Source: Actinomycetota bacterium (GTDB lineage: Bacteria > Actinomycetota > UBA4738 > HRBIN12). Taken from it: a DNA stretch of 44,178 bases. This document shows, one piece after another, positions 10,318 to 19,025 of this stretch (its first letter is position 1; the number at the start of each line of letters is the position of its first letter). Both the position numbers and the translations under genes were made by a program. Where the stretch lies: contig JAJPHY010000150.1 in NCBI GenBank assembly GCA_021325015.1, positions 1-44,178 on the forward strand, read 5' to 3'. A model generated the notes under the pieces. The model had not been told where the DNA came from, searched no databases, and was given only the letters and a program-made list of their open reading frames with translations.

Positions 10318-11096
10318 GGGACCCGCTCCGCGATCTCGGCGCAGGTGGCAACCCAGACGTCGTCGTGGCCGGTCACCCACTCCAGCATGTGTTCGAGAAG
10401 GGCCAGCCGGTATGGGCGGCCCATGATCTGGGGGTGCATCGTGAGCACGTACGCCCCGCCGAGCCTGCGGTAGCCGAGAAACTCCGCCTCCCAGATCGCC
10501 CCCACTTCGTCCGCGGTGGAGATCTTCTTGGTCCAGGTCGCGCCGTCGAACCAGAAGTGCGCGGCGTCGTCGAGGATCCAATGAATCGGGATCTCAACCA
10601 GTCCGGACCGCTTGTGACGGTACGGGCGCAGGTCGTCCATGAGATTCGACGAGTAGCGAAAGCCGCGAGCCTGCAGCAGCTCCTCGGTGCTCGCGCTGAA
10701 GTCCCAGGAGGGGGACCGGTACCCCACGATCTCGGTCCCGAAGGAACGAAGGACCTCCAGTCCCTTCGTCAGCTCGGCCTCCTCCTCGTCGGGGGCGAGC
10801 GCGGTCGGCGACGTGTGCGTGTAGCCGTGGTGCGCGAGCTCGTGGCCTGCGGCCACGATCTCGTTCACCCGCTCGGGGTGCCGCTCGGCCACGCGGCCGG
10901 GGACGAAGAAGGTCGCCCGCACGCCGAACCTCTCGAGTGCTTCCAGGATCAGAGGCACGGCAACCTTGGCCCCGTACGTTCCCTGGGAGAGGACCCCCGG
11001 CTTCGAGGCGTTCGCGGGGTCCTCTCCGATCCACACCTCCTCGGCGTCGAAGTCGAACGTGAAGGCTGCGGCAGCTCGCTTCCCTTCGGGCCACAC
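10314..11096 (-). CDS. Polysaccharide deacetylase family protein (CE4, PuuE/PgdA-like, cytoplasmic)
   Basis: FTFDFD, ATFFVPG, HELAHHGYTH, GYRSPSW, LTMHPQIMGRP; no signal peptide. Confidence 0.88.
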   Translation of the reverse strand: MWPEGKRAAAAFTFDFDAEEVWIGEDPANASKPGVLSQGTYGAKVAVPLILEALERFGVRATFFVPGRVAERHPERVNEIVAAGHELAHHGYTHTSPTALAPDEEEAELTKGLEVLRSFGTEIVGYRSPSWDFSASTEELLQARGFRYSSNLMDDLRPYRHKRSGLVEIPIHWILDDAAHFWFDGATWTKKISTADEVGAIWEAEFLGYRRLGGAYVLTMHPQIMGRPYRLALLEHMLEWVTGHDDVWVATCAEIAERVP

Positions 11097-11153
11097 GTAC
11101 GAACCCCCGTCTCCGTTGAGCCTCGTGACGATAGGTGCGGGTCCTCGGCGTCA

Positions 11154-11175
11154 GCATCCGTCATTTGACGGAGGG
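11154..11175. promoter_or_regulatory. Second copy of the palindromic operator (GCATCCGTCA-TT-TGACGGAGGG)
   Basis: 19 consecutive bases identical to the reverse complement of the 4721-4742 core; lies about 58 bp upstream of the deacetylase start. Confidence 0.72.
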
Positions 11176-11225
11176 CCCGAACTGGCGCATCGAGCGTATC
11201 GGAGGGGTCGGCTCTCGTGGGTCGC

Positions 11226-12719
11226 TCAGCCGTCCTCGGCACCCGATTCCCCATCGGGCAGCCAGAACTCGACCCGCGTGCCCGAGGCCGGTGCACCGGA
11301 GACCTTCAGCCAGCCACCGCATGACTCCGCTCGCTCGCGCATGCTCTCCAGCCCGAGATGCCCCGCGCGCGCGGATCGGTCCGGCCCCAAGCCCTTGCCG
11401 TCGTCGCTCACGTGCACCAGCATCCCCCCGCGCGAGCGCTCGAGAGTCACGTGAACGGAGCGGGCCTCCGCGTGCTTGGCGACGTTCCGGAGGGCCTCTT
11501 GCAGGATCCGGAAGCAGGTCGTGCGCGCCGGCTCGGCCGGCTCGGCCTGCAGCCGGTTCTTCAGGCTCGCCTCAACCCCCGTGTCACGGTGGAGATCGTC
11601 GAGCAGTCCTCGCACGGCGTCGGCGAGCCCTCCGCGTTCGAGGCTCGGCGGCACGAGCTCGAACAGGAGCGTGCGAAGCTCCCGCGTGACGGATTCGGTC
11701 ATGCGCCCGAGCTCCTCGACCGCGGCGACGAGCTCGGAGTCGTCCAAGCGGCTGCGGAGCATCTCAAGCCGGAGTCCCATGGCGACGGCCTTCTGCACGG
11801 GGCCGTCGTGCACTTCGCCGGCGATGCGCCGGTGCTCCTGCTCCCGGGCCTCCACCACGCGCGCGAGCAGGCGCTTGCGGTCCTCGTCGGTCTCCCGGAG
11901 CGCCGAGACGGTCATGCGCAGCACCTGCTCGACCTCCTTGTGGGCGGTGACGTCGACCATCACCCCCTGCCAGAGCTCCGGAGTCGAGGGCACGGGGACG
12001 GCCTCGTCGCGAATCCACACGACGCGCCCGTCGCGAGCGAGCACGCGATACTCGCACCGGAACGGTCGCCCCTCTCGCTGGCACGCCGCCTCCTCCTGGA
12101 GCACCCGATCCCGGTCCTCGGCGTGCAGGTGCGTGGTGAGGGCGTTCTCCTGCATCATCCACTCCTCAGGCGAGTACCCGAGCACGTCGTGGATCCTCGG
12201 GCTCACGTAGAGCCACTGACCCGTCGGGCCGAGGCCCGCCACGTAGACGATGCAGGGGATCTGCTCGACGAGCGTCCGGTACTTCTGCTCGGCTTGCCGG
12301 AGCTCGCGCTCGACCAGCCGGCGCTCGGTGATGTCGATCGCGAAGCCGACGGCGCCCACGATCTGGCCATCCGGCTGCACCTGCGGCACCACGCGCGACA
12401 GAAACGTCCGGTCCATCCAGTCGAGCTCGTAGGTCGCCGCCCGCCCTTGCAACGCGCGCAGGTGAGCGTCGATCGGTGTGAACGTGGCGTCGTCAGTCCC
12501 GAAGAACTCGAAGAGCGTCCGGCCGACGTTCTCGCCGGACTTGGATCCCAGGCCGGCAAGCGCCCCGCCCTCGGACAGCGTGAACCGCAGGTCTCGATCG
12601 ACCGCCCAGATCACCGCGGGCATCTGCCCGATGAGCGTCGGAAAGCGGTCGCCCTCGCGCGGTGCCGAACCGCCCTCGAGCGTCTCTCGGGCCGCGCGAA
12701 CGCCCTCCCCCCCGGCCAT
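11226..12719 (-). CDS. Soluble PAS-PAS sensor histidine kinase (HisKA_3/NarX-like)
   Basis: Two PAS/PAC units, EHRRIAGEVHDGPVQ H-box, EALRNVAKHA N-box, DDGKG, GHLGLESMRERA. Confidence 0.9.
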   Translation of the reverse strand: MAGGEGVRAARETLEGGSAPREGDRFPTLIGQMPAVIWAVDRDLRFTLSEGGALAGLGSKSGENVGRTLFEFFGTDDATFTPIDAHLRALQGRAATYELDWMDRTFLSRVVPQVQPDGQIVGAVGFAIDITERRLVERELRQAEQKYRTLVEQIPCIVYVAGLGPTGQWLYVSPRIHDVLGYSPEEWMMQENALTTHLHAEDRDRVLQEEAACQREGRPFRCEYRVLARDGRVVWIRDEAVPVPSTPELWQGVMVDVTAHKEVEQVLRMTVSALRETDEDRKRLLARVVEAREQEHRRIAGEVHDGPVQKAVAMGLRLEMLRSRLDDSELVAAVEELGRMTESVTRELRTLLFELVPPSLERGGLADAVRGLLDDLHRDTGVEASLKNRLQAEPAEPARTTCFRILQEALRNVAKHAEARSVHVTLERSRGGMLVHVSDDGKGLGPDRSARAGHLGLESMRERAESCGGWLKVSGAPASGTRVEFWLPDGESGAEDG

Positions 12720-12860
12720 CTCACCCCCTCGTCGACGACTCGACGCGCGCTCCGATACCTAACGGGTGTATCTCGACCTTGAGCGATGTATCGGCACGCC
12801 GGGGGGAAAGGTGAGCGGTCCCTTCGAGCGGTCCGGGTTCGCCCGGGCGGCGGTCCGGGC

Positions 12861-14570
12861 TCAGGCCTCGGCGACCCCGCTGCCCGGAAGCCAGGCCTCG
12901 ACGGTCGTTCCCGCCCCGGGCCGGCTCTCGATCCGGCTCCAGCCGCCCACCATCTCCGCCCGCTCGCGGATGGAGGTGATGCCGAGATGTCCCGGCCGTC
13001 CGTTGCGCAGAATCTCGGGATCCATGCCGACCCCGTCGTCGCGGACGCGAAGGAAGAGCCCTCCCTCTCGCTCCTCGAGAAGCACGTCGACGCGGCTTGC
13101 CTCGGCATGGCGCTGCACGTTCGACAGGGCCTCTACCGCGATTCGGTAGGCGACCGTCCGGATCCCGTCGGGAGGCTCAGAGATCAGACGGTCCTCGACC
13201 CGGCAGTCGCGGAGCTCGCCCTTGGACAGGTCGACGAACTCCCGAACCGCGGCCACCAGTCCACCGGCGTCGAGCGAAGGAGGACGGAGGTCGAACATCA
13301 TGTGCCGGAGGTGATCGATCGCGAGGCGGACGACGTCTTGGAGTCCGTCGACGATCTCGATCTGTTCGGGATCCGACAGGCTCCGCCGGAGGAGCTGGAG
13401 GCGGAGCCCGACGGCGGTGATCTTCTGAACGGGGTCGTCGTGAATCGCCTCCGCGATCCTGCGCCGCTCGACCTCCTCCGCCGAGACCAGCACCTGGAGC
13501 AGCCGTTGCCGCTCCATGTCGGTGCGCCGCAACAGCTCGAAGCTCTCACGGAGCTCCTCGTCGGCCCTCGTACGGGCCGTGATGTCGAACAACGCGCCCT
13601 GCCAGTAACGCGGCCTCCCATCCGGGTCGTCGACGCGGACGGACTCTTCCTGGATCCAGAGCGTCCGGCCGTCCTTCGCGACGGCTCGGTACTCGGCGCT
13701 GAAAGGGGTGCCCTGCTCGTCCGCCCGGAGGCCGAGCTTGATGATCCGCTCGCGATCGTCCGGGTGCAGGATGCGGTCTGCCCAAAGCGACGGATCTCCC
13801 AGCCACTCCTCGACCGTGTATCCGAGGATGGTCTGCAGCTTGGGGCTTACGTAGAGGGGCCGGATGTCGTCGGGTCCGGGCCCGGTGATCTCGTCGATGT
13901 ACGTGATGGCCGGGAGGCGTTCGACCAGCGTTCGATACCTGGTCTCTGCGTCTCGCGCCTCGCGGACCAGCTCGCCCAGGCGGCCGTGGAAGTCGAGCAG
14001 CAACGCAAGCACGAGCCCCACGGTCGAGATGCCTCCCGCGGTCCGGATCCCGGACACGAACTCCGCAGGAAGCTCTGGCCCGACCGAGACCAGCCGCGCG
14101 ACCAAGAGGGTGGTCGCGGTCCATGCGAAACAGGCCCCGAAGATCGTCCAGTGTCGGGCTTGGCCCGCGTACAGGACCGAGGTGAGGGAGATGAGCAGGG
14201 AGACGCTCACTGGAACGAGCGCGATATCGGGCATCGCGAGCGTGACCACCGTTCCCATCACCAACAGTGAACCCCACAGCATGGTGAGCGCCGAGCGCGA
14301 ACGCCCCAGGTCGACCAGACGTCGACCGATCAAACAGGCGACGCCGGTGGCGGCGGTCGCGGACGCGGTCGCGATCAGCCAGCCGCTGTGGAGCGCCACG
14401 GCGCCTGCGGTGCCGCTGGTCGCGAAGCCGAAGGCAAGGAGTCCGATCCACCCGAGCAGGCGGTGGAGGTTTCGATCGGACACACCCTCCGGTACCTCGA
14501 CGTCCCGGATGCGCTCGACCACCTGAACGGACTCGCCCGCCCCATGCGGACGGTCGAGCGGAACGGTCAT
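12861..14570 (-). CDS. Membrane-bound PAS sensor histidine kinase (HisKA_3/NarX-like)
   Basis: N-terminal multi-TM region, PAS/PAC, ERRRIAEAIHDDPVQ, EALSNVQRHA, DDGVG, GHLGITSIRERA. Confidence 0.9.
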   Translation of the reverse strand: MTVPLDRPHGAGESVQVVERIRDVEVPEGVSDRNLHRLLGWIGLLAFGFATSGTAGAVALHSGWLIATASATAATGVACLIGRRLVDLGRSRSALTMLWGSLLVMGTVVTLAMPDIALVPVSVSLLISLTSVLYAGQARHWTIFGACFAWTATTLLVARLVSVGPELPAEFVSGIRTAGGISTVGLVLALLLDFHGRLGELVREARDAETRYRTLVERLPAITYIDEITGPGPDDIRPLYVSPKLQTILGYTVEEWLGDPSLWADRILHPDDRERIIKLGLRADEQGTPFSAEYRAVAKDGRTLWIQEESVRVDDPDGRPRYWQGALFDITARTRADEELRESFELLRRTDMERQRLLQVLVSAEEVERRRIAEAIHDDPVQKITAVGLRLQLLRRSLSDPEQIEIVDGLQDVVRLAIDHLRHMMFDLRPPSLDAGGLVAAVREFVDLSKGELRDCRVEDRLISEPPDGIRTVAYRIAVEALSNVQRHAEASRVDVLLEEREGGLFLRVRDDGVGMDPEILRNGRPGHLGITSIRERAEMVGGWSRIESRPGAGTTVEAWLPGSGVAEA

Positions 14571-14723
14571 GGCCGGGCTCCTCCTCGCTCGGACGAACCA
14601 TCCATGGCATCGGCGGGGTGCGCGGTCGCCTGTAGCTCACGGGATCCTTGCTCTCGGGGTTGCGGTCGCAGGCGAAGTGTCGATGGGCCGGGCCCCCGGG
14701 GCACATGCGATATGGTCGGGTCG

Positions 14724-14897
14724 ATGGCCGGGACGGAGGCCCCGCACGGGCTGGACGACTTGTCGGACGAGGAGCGGGCCGTGCTCGAGCGGGTGGTCGA
14801 TGTCCTACGGCGCCTGCGGTTCGGCACCGTCCTGCTCGTGGTTCAGGACGGCAAGGTCGTCCAGATCGAGATGGCGGAGAAGATCCGGCTGCGATAG
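14724..14897 (+). CDS. yezD: YezD/DUF2292 (OscA-like) small protein, 57 aa
   Basis: LRFGTVLLVVQDGKVVQIEMAEKIRL matches the family pattern; position upstream of sbp-cysTWA is typical; TATGGT at 14711-14716 suggests a leaderless start at 14724. Confidence 0.85.
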   Translation: MAGTEAPHGLDDLSDEERAVLERVVDVLRRLRFGTVLLVVQDGKVVQIEMAEKIRLR

Positions 14898-14925
14898 CAA
14901 CGCGCGCCCTGGGTTGGAGGCTCCG

Positions 14926-15102
14926 AGGCTCGGTGCCTTGACGAGGCCGGGCCTGAGCGGGTAGCGTGAAGCCCGCTCGGCCGACCGGACGACCGGAGGC
15001 CGGGGTCCCATCGGAAGCGATTGCCTTTCGATTGACCGGACAACCGGAGATCGAGGCTCACTCGGTCATGCCCGAGAACCCGGACCATCGAAAGGAGCCG
15101 AG
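14926..15102 (+). ncRNA. Putative cis-regulatory structured RNA leader of the sulfate transporter (twin YGA-CCGG-ACRA-CCGG-AG hairpins plus anti-SD helix)
   Basis: 16-nt repeat at 14983-14998 and 15034-15049 with one mismatch in the loop, each closed by a different outer stem; 15024-15039 is complementary (14/16) to 15080-15095, which covers the SD. Confidence 0.6.
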
Positions 15103-16185
15103 ATGCGGCCTCGCCCATTCCGGTCGGTATCCCGCCTGATCGTCGCTCTGGTTCCGCTCGCCCTCGTCGCCTCGGCGTGCGGCGGCGGATCCTCGCCCGG
15201 ATCGAACACCTCCCGCGGTCCGTGCACGCCGGCCAAGACGCCGGTCATCAACTTCGCCGCCTACAGCACGCCCCGCGAGGTCTACGGCCAGGTCATCCCC
15301 GCCTTCCAGTCCATGTGGAAGGAGGAGCACGACGGGCAGTCGGTGATCTTCCAGGAGTCCTATGCCGGCTCCACGACGCAGGCGCAGAACGTCATCGCCG
15401 GCTACCCCGCGGACGTCGTGGCGCTGTCGCTCGCACCCGATGTGGACGCGATCAAGGATGCGGGCCTGATCACGCACGACTGGACGCAGGCGCCCGACGG
15501 CGGCATGGTCTCGACCTCGGTCGTGGTCTTCGACGTCCGGCCCGGCAACCCGCTCGGCATCAAGGACTACGACGACCTGACCAAGCCGGGCGTTCAGATC
15601 CTCACCCCCGACCCCGCACAGAGCGGCGGTGCGCGCTGGAACCTCGTGGCGGCCTGGGGCGCGGCCCTCCGCGGGTACGCCGGCGTGCGGAAGGGCGACG
15701 AGGCCGGGGCGGCCGAGCTCCTCAAGGGGATTTTCGAGAACGTGCTCACGCTCGACAAGAGCGCCCGAGACTCGATCCAGAACTTCGAGTCCGGCAACGG
15801 CAACGTCGCGATCACCTACGAAAACGAGGTCAAGACCGCGCAGGAGGCGGGCCTTCCGGATGAGGCCGTGTACCCGCCGTCCACCGTCCTCATCCAGAAC
15901 CCGGTCGCAGTGGTGGACAAGAACGCCGAGGCGCACTGCGTGCTCGACATCGCCAACGCGTTCGTCGATTTCCTGCACACTCCCGAGGTCAAGCAGATGT
16001 ACCTGGAGGCCGGGTACCGGTCGACCGATCTCGCGCTCGCGAAGAAGGGCGATCCCAAGCTCGGCTACCCGCCGATCGGGGATCTGTTCACGGTCGACGA
16101 CTTGGGCGGCTGGCCGGCGCTCGACCAGAAGCTGTTCGGCCCCGACGGGATCGCGACGACGGCCCTCGCCGAGGCCCAGGGCTGA
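15103..16185 (+). CDS. sbp: Sulfate ABC transporter substrate-binding lipoprotein
   Basis: Lipobox LVASAC; QESYAGSTTQAQNV, ADVVALSL, GNPLGIKDYDDL, TPDPAQSGGARWN, ITYENE. Confidence 0.9.
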   Translation: MRPRPFRSVSRLIVALVPLALVASACGGGSSPGSNTSRGPCTPAKTPVINFAAYSTPREVYGQVIPAFQSMWKEEHDGQSVIFQESYAGSTTQAQNVIAGYPADVVALSLAPDVDAIKDAGLITHDWTQAPDGGMVSTSVVVFDVRPGNPLGIKDYDDLTKPGVQILTPDPAQSGGARWNLVAAWGAALRGYAGVRKGDEAGAAELLKGIFENVLTLDKSARDSIQNFESGNGNVAITYENEVKTAQEAGLPDEAVYPPSTVLIQNPVAVVDKNAEAHCVLDIANAFVDFLHTPEVKQMYLEAGYRSTDLALAKKGDPKLGYPPIGDLFTVDDLGGWPALDQKLFGPDGIATTALAEAQG

Positions 16186-16198
16186 GCCGAGATCGACG

Positions 16199-17059
16199 AT
16201 GGTGAGCGCCGCGCGGGCGACCGGACGGAGGTGGTCCCTCTCCTCGCGGGCGGCCGCGCGACTTCGGCACCGGAGCCTGCGCGCCGCCGCCGTCGTGTAC
16301 TTGGGGTTGATGATTGCGCTTCCCGCGGCGGTCGTGATCGACGAGGGCTTCGCCCGCGGCCTCAGCGACCTTCGGGACGGGCTGGCCTACCCCGGCGCGG
16401 CGGAGGCCGTCTGGTTGACGCTGGCCACGTCGACGGCGGCGGCGGTGGTCAACGCGGTGTTCGGAACGATCATCGCCTACGTGCTCGTGCGGTTCCGCTT
16501 CCCGGGCCGCCGGCTGCTCGGGGCTCTCGTGGACCTCCCGCTCGCCATCCCGACGCTCGTGACCGGCGTGATGCTCGTCGCGCTCTACGGTCCCGCGTCG
16601 CCGATCGGGCGGGCCCTCGAAGGGGCGGGGATCGAGGTGGCGTTCGCCCGGCTCGGGATCCTGCTGGCGCTCCTCGTCGTGACCCTTCCGTTCGTCGTTC
16701 GAGCCGTCCAGCCCGTGCTCCTCGAGCTCGACCCGGCCGAGGAGGAGGCGGCCGAGACCCTCGGCGCCAGCGGCTGGACGACGTTTCGCCGGATCGTGCT
16801 CCCGGCGATCCGCCCCGCGATCGCGGCGGGGGCGCTTCTCGTGTTCGCGCGCTCGCTCGGAGAGTTCGGGAGCGTCGTGATCGTCTCCGGCAACATCACC
16901 GGACGAACCCTGACCGCGCCGGTCCTGATCTTCCAGCTCGCGTCCCAGTTCAAGCCCGAGCAGGCGGCGGCCGTCGCCTCGGTTCTGTTCGCGATCTCCT
17001 TCGGCACGGTGTTGATCACCACGCGACTCGCGCGCGGGCGAAGAGGGGGACAGCCGTGA
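16199..17059 (+). CDS. cysT: Sulfate ABC transporter permease CysT
   Basis: AYVLVRFRFPGRRLLGALVDLPLAIPT, LPFVVRAVQPVL, EEEAAETLGA, RSLGEFGSV. Confidence 0.9.
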   Translation: MVSAARATGRRWSLSSRAAARLRHRSLRAAAVVYLGLMIALPAAVVIDEGFARGLSDLRDGLAYPGAAEAVWLTLATSTAAAVVNAVFGTIIAYVLVRFRFPGRRLLGALVDLPLAIPTLVTGVMLVALYGPASPIGRALEGAGIEVAFARLGILLALLVVTLPFVVRAVQPVLLELDPAEEEAAETLGASGWTTFRRIVLPAIRPAIAAGALLVFARSLGEFGSVVIVSGNITGRTLTAPVLIFQLASQFKPEQAAAVASVLFAISFGTVLITTRLARGRRGGQP

Positions 17060-17928
17060 GCGCCGGGTTCGCCATCCGGCGGGGCGGCGATCGGGACGCG
17101 ATGTTTCGCAGGCGGCGCCGCGCTGCCGTGCTGCGCGGGATGCTGGTCGCGCTCTGCGTGCTGTACCTCGCGGTGCTCCTCCTCGCGCCGCTCGCCGGCG
17201 TCGTCTGGCAGGCGCTCCGGCCCGGGTGGCGGGTCCTGGGCGACACGTTCACCCGATCCGATGTGGTGCACGCCTTCACCCTGACCGCCGTGATCGCGCT
17301 GATCACCGTGGCCGTCACCACCGCGTTCGGCGTGGTCGTCGCGTGGGTGCTGGTACGGCAGCGCTTCCGCGGCCGGGCGTTCCTGAACGCCCTGGTCGAT
17401 CTGCCGTTCGCGCTCTCGCCCGTGACGGTCGGCCTGGCCTGCGTGCTGCTGTTCGGGCGGGGCGGGTGGTTCCACGACTTCTTCGCCGCGCGCGGGATCC
17501 AGATCATCTTCGCCCTGCCATCGATGGTCCTCGTGACGATCTTCATCAGCGTCCCGTTCACGATCCGCGAAGTGCAGCCCGTGCTCGAGGAGATCGGAGT
17601 CGAGGAAGAGGACGCGGCCCGGACGCTCGGTGCCTCGGTGATGCAGACGTTCCTCCGGGTCACGCTCCCGAACATCCGGCGGGGCCTTCTCTACGGGATC
17701 GCGCTGTCCGCCGCGCGTGCGATCGGCGAGATCGGTGCGGTGCTGGTGGTCAGCGGACTCATCCAGGGCCGTACCGAGACCGCGACGCTCTACATCTACC
17801 GGGCGATGGAGGAGCGGCAAACGGCCTCGGCGTACGTCGTGGCCCTCACCCTTGCCGGCGTGTCGGTCCTGATCCTCGCGGCGATCGAGTGGGTCAAGCG
17901 CAAGCGGACCAGGGAGGACGAAGCATGA
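17056..17928 (+). CDS. cysW: Sulfate ABC transporter permease CysW
   Basis: FRGRAFLNALVDLPFALSPV, PFTIREVQPVL, VTLPNIRRGLLYG, ARAIGEIGAV; GTGA overlap with cysT. Confidence 0.9.
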   Translation: MSAGFAIRRGGDRDAMFRRRRRAAVLRGMLVALCVLYLAVLLLAPLAGVVWQALRPGWRVLGDTFTRSDVVHAFTLTAVIALITVAVTTAFGVVVAWVLVRQRFRGRAFLNALVDLPFALSPVTVGLACVLLFGRGGWFHDFFAARGIQIIFALPSMVLVTIFISVPFTIREVQPVLEEIGVEEEDAARTLGASVMQTFLRVTLPNIRRGLLYGIALSAARAIGEIGAVLVVSGLIQGRTETATLYIYRAMEERQTASAYVVALTLAGVSVLILAAIEWVKRKRTREDEA

Positions 17929-19013
17929 GCGAGCTCATCCGTGTCGAGAACCTCACCAAGCGCTTCGGCGACTTCGAGGCCGTTCGAGATGTGACGTTCA
18001 CCGCCGAGGCCGGCAGCATCACGGCTCTTCTCGGCCCCAGCGGCTCGGGCAAGAGCACCGTGCTGCGGATGATCGCCGGACTCGAGACGCCGACGCGGGG
18101 TCGCATCTGGCTGGGCCAGGAGGAGCAGACGCACACGAGCGTGCAGGAGCGGCGGGTTGGGTTCGTGTTCCAGCACTACGCGCTGTTTCGGCACCTGACC
18201 GTGTGGCAGAACGTGATGTTCGGCCTCGCGGTGCGCCGGATGTCAAAGCGCGAGCGGCGCGCCAGGGTCGAGGAGCTGCTCGAGCTCGTGCAGCTCGGCC
18301 CCTTCCGCGATCGCTACCCCGATCAGCTCTCGGGGGGTCAGCGCCAGCGGGTCGCCCTCGCGCGCGCCCTCGCGCCCCGCCCGAACGTGCTGCTGCTGGA
18401 CGAGCCGTTCGGAGCCCTCGACGCTCGGGTCCGGCAGGACCTGCGACGGTGGCTCGACAACCTGCATCGCGAGCTCGGCGTGACCAGCCTGCTCGTCACG
18501 CACGATCAGGACGAGGCGCTGGAGCTCGCCAACCGCCTGGTCGTGATGCGCGAGGGCCGGATCGAGCAGGTGGGAACGCCCAACGAGATCTACAACGAGC
18601 CCGCCACGCCGTTCGTCGCCGGCTTCGTCGGCAGCGCGAACGTGCTGCACGGGCACGTGATCGACGGCCACATGGAGTTCGGGGAGCATCGTGTGCCGAT
18701 CGCGAACGACCTTGCCGACGGGATCGACGCGCGCGCGTTCGTCAGGCCGCACGACGTGCGCGTGCGAGCGGGCGGTAGCGGCGGAGGGAGCGGCACCGCG
18801 CGGGCCACGGTCGAGCGCATCGTGACCCTCGGGTGGCTCTCCCGCGTGGTGCTCCGGCTCGGCGACGGTCAGGCGATCGTGGCCGAGCTGCCGAGCGACG
18901 AGCTGTGCGATGTCGGGCTGGGAGATGTGGTGGCGGTGGACGTCCGCCGCGCCCTCGCGTTCCGGGCCTCCGACGTCGGCCGGTTGGCGGAGTTCGCGAG
19001 CGTGGAGTCCTGA
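17925..19013 (+). CDS. cysA: Sulfate ABC transporter ATP-binding protein CysA
   Basis: GPSGSGKS, VGFVFQHYALFRHLTV, LSGGQRQR, LLDEPFGALDA, C-terminal TOBE-like region. Confidence 0.92.
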   Translation: MSELIRVENLTKRFGDFEAVRDVTFTAEAGSITALLGPSGSGKSTVLRMIAGLETPTRGRIWLGQEEQTHTSVQERRVGFVFQHYALFRHLTVWQNVMFGLAVRRMSKRERRARVEELLELVQLGPFRDRYPDQLSGGQRQRVALARALAPRPNVLLLDEPFGALDARVRQDLRRWLDNLHRELGVTSLLVTHDQDEALELANRLVVMREGRIEQVGTPNEIYNEPATPFVAGFVGSANVLHGHVIDGHMEFGEHRVPIANDLADGIDARAFVRPHDVRVRAGGSGGGSGTARATVERIVTLGWLSRVVLRLGDGQAIVAELPSDELCDVGLGDVVAVDVRRALAFRASDVGRLAEFASVES

Positions 19014-19025
19014 GCATCTCGGTCG

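Noticed and set aside
14983-15049. The 16-nt repeat pair as a mini-CRISPR array or a terminator
   Set aside because: Only two short copies, no cas genes and no U-tract; the structure fits a cis-regulatory RNA better.
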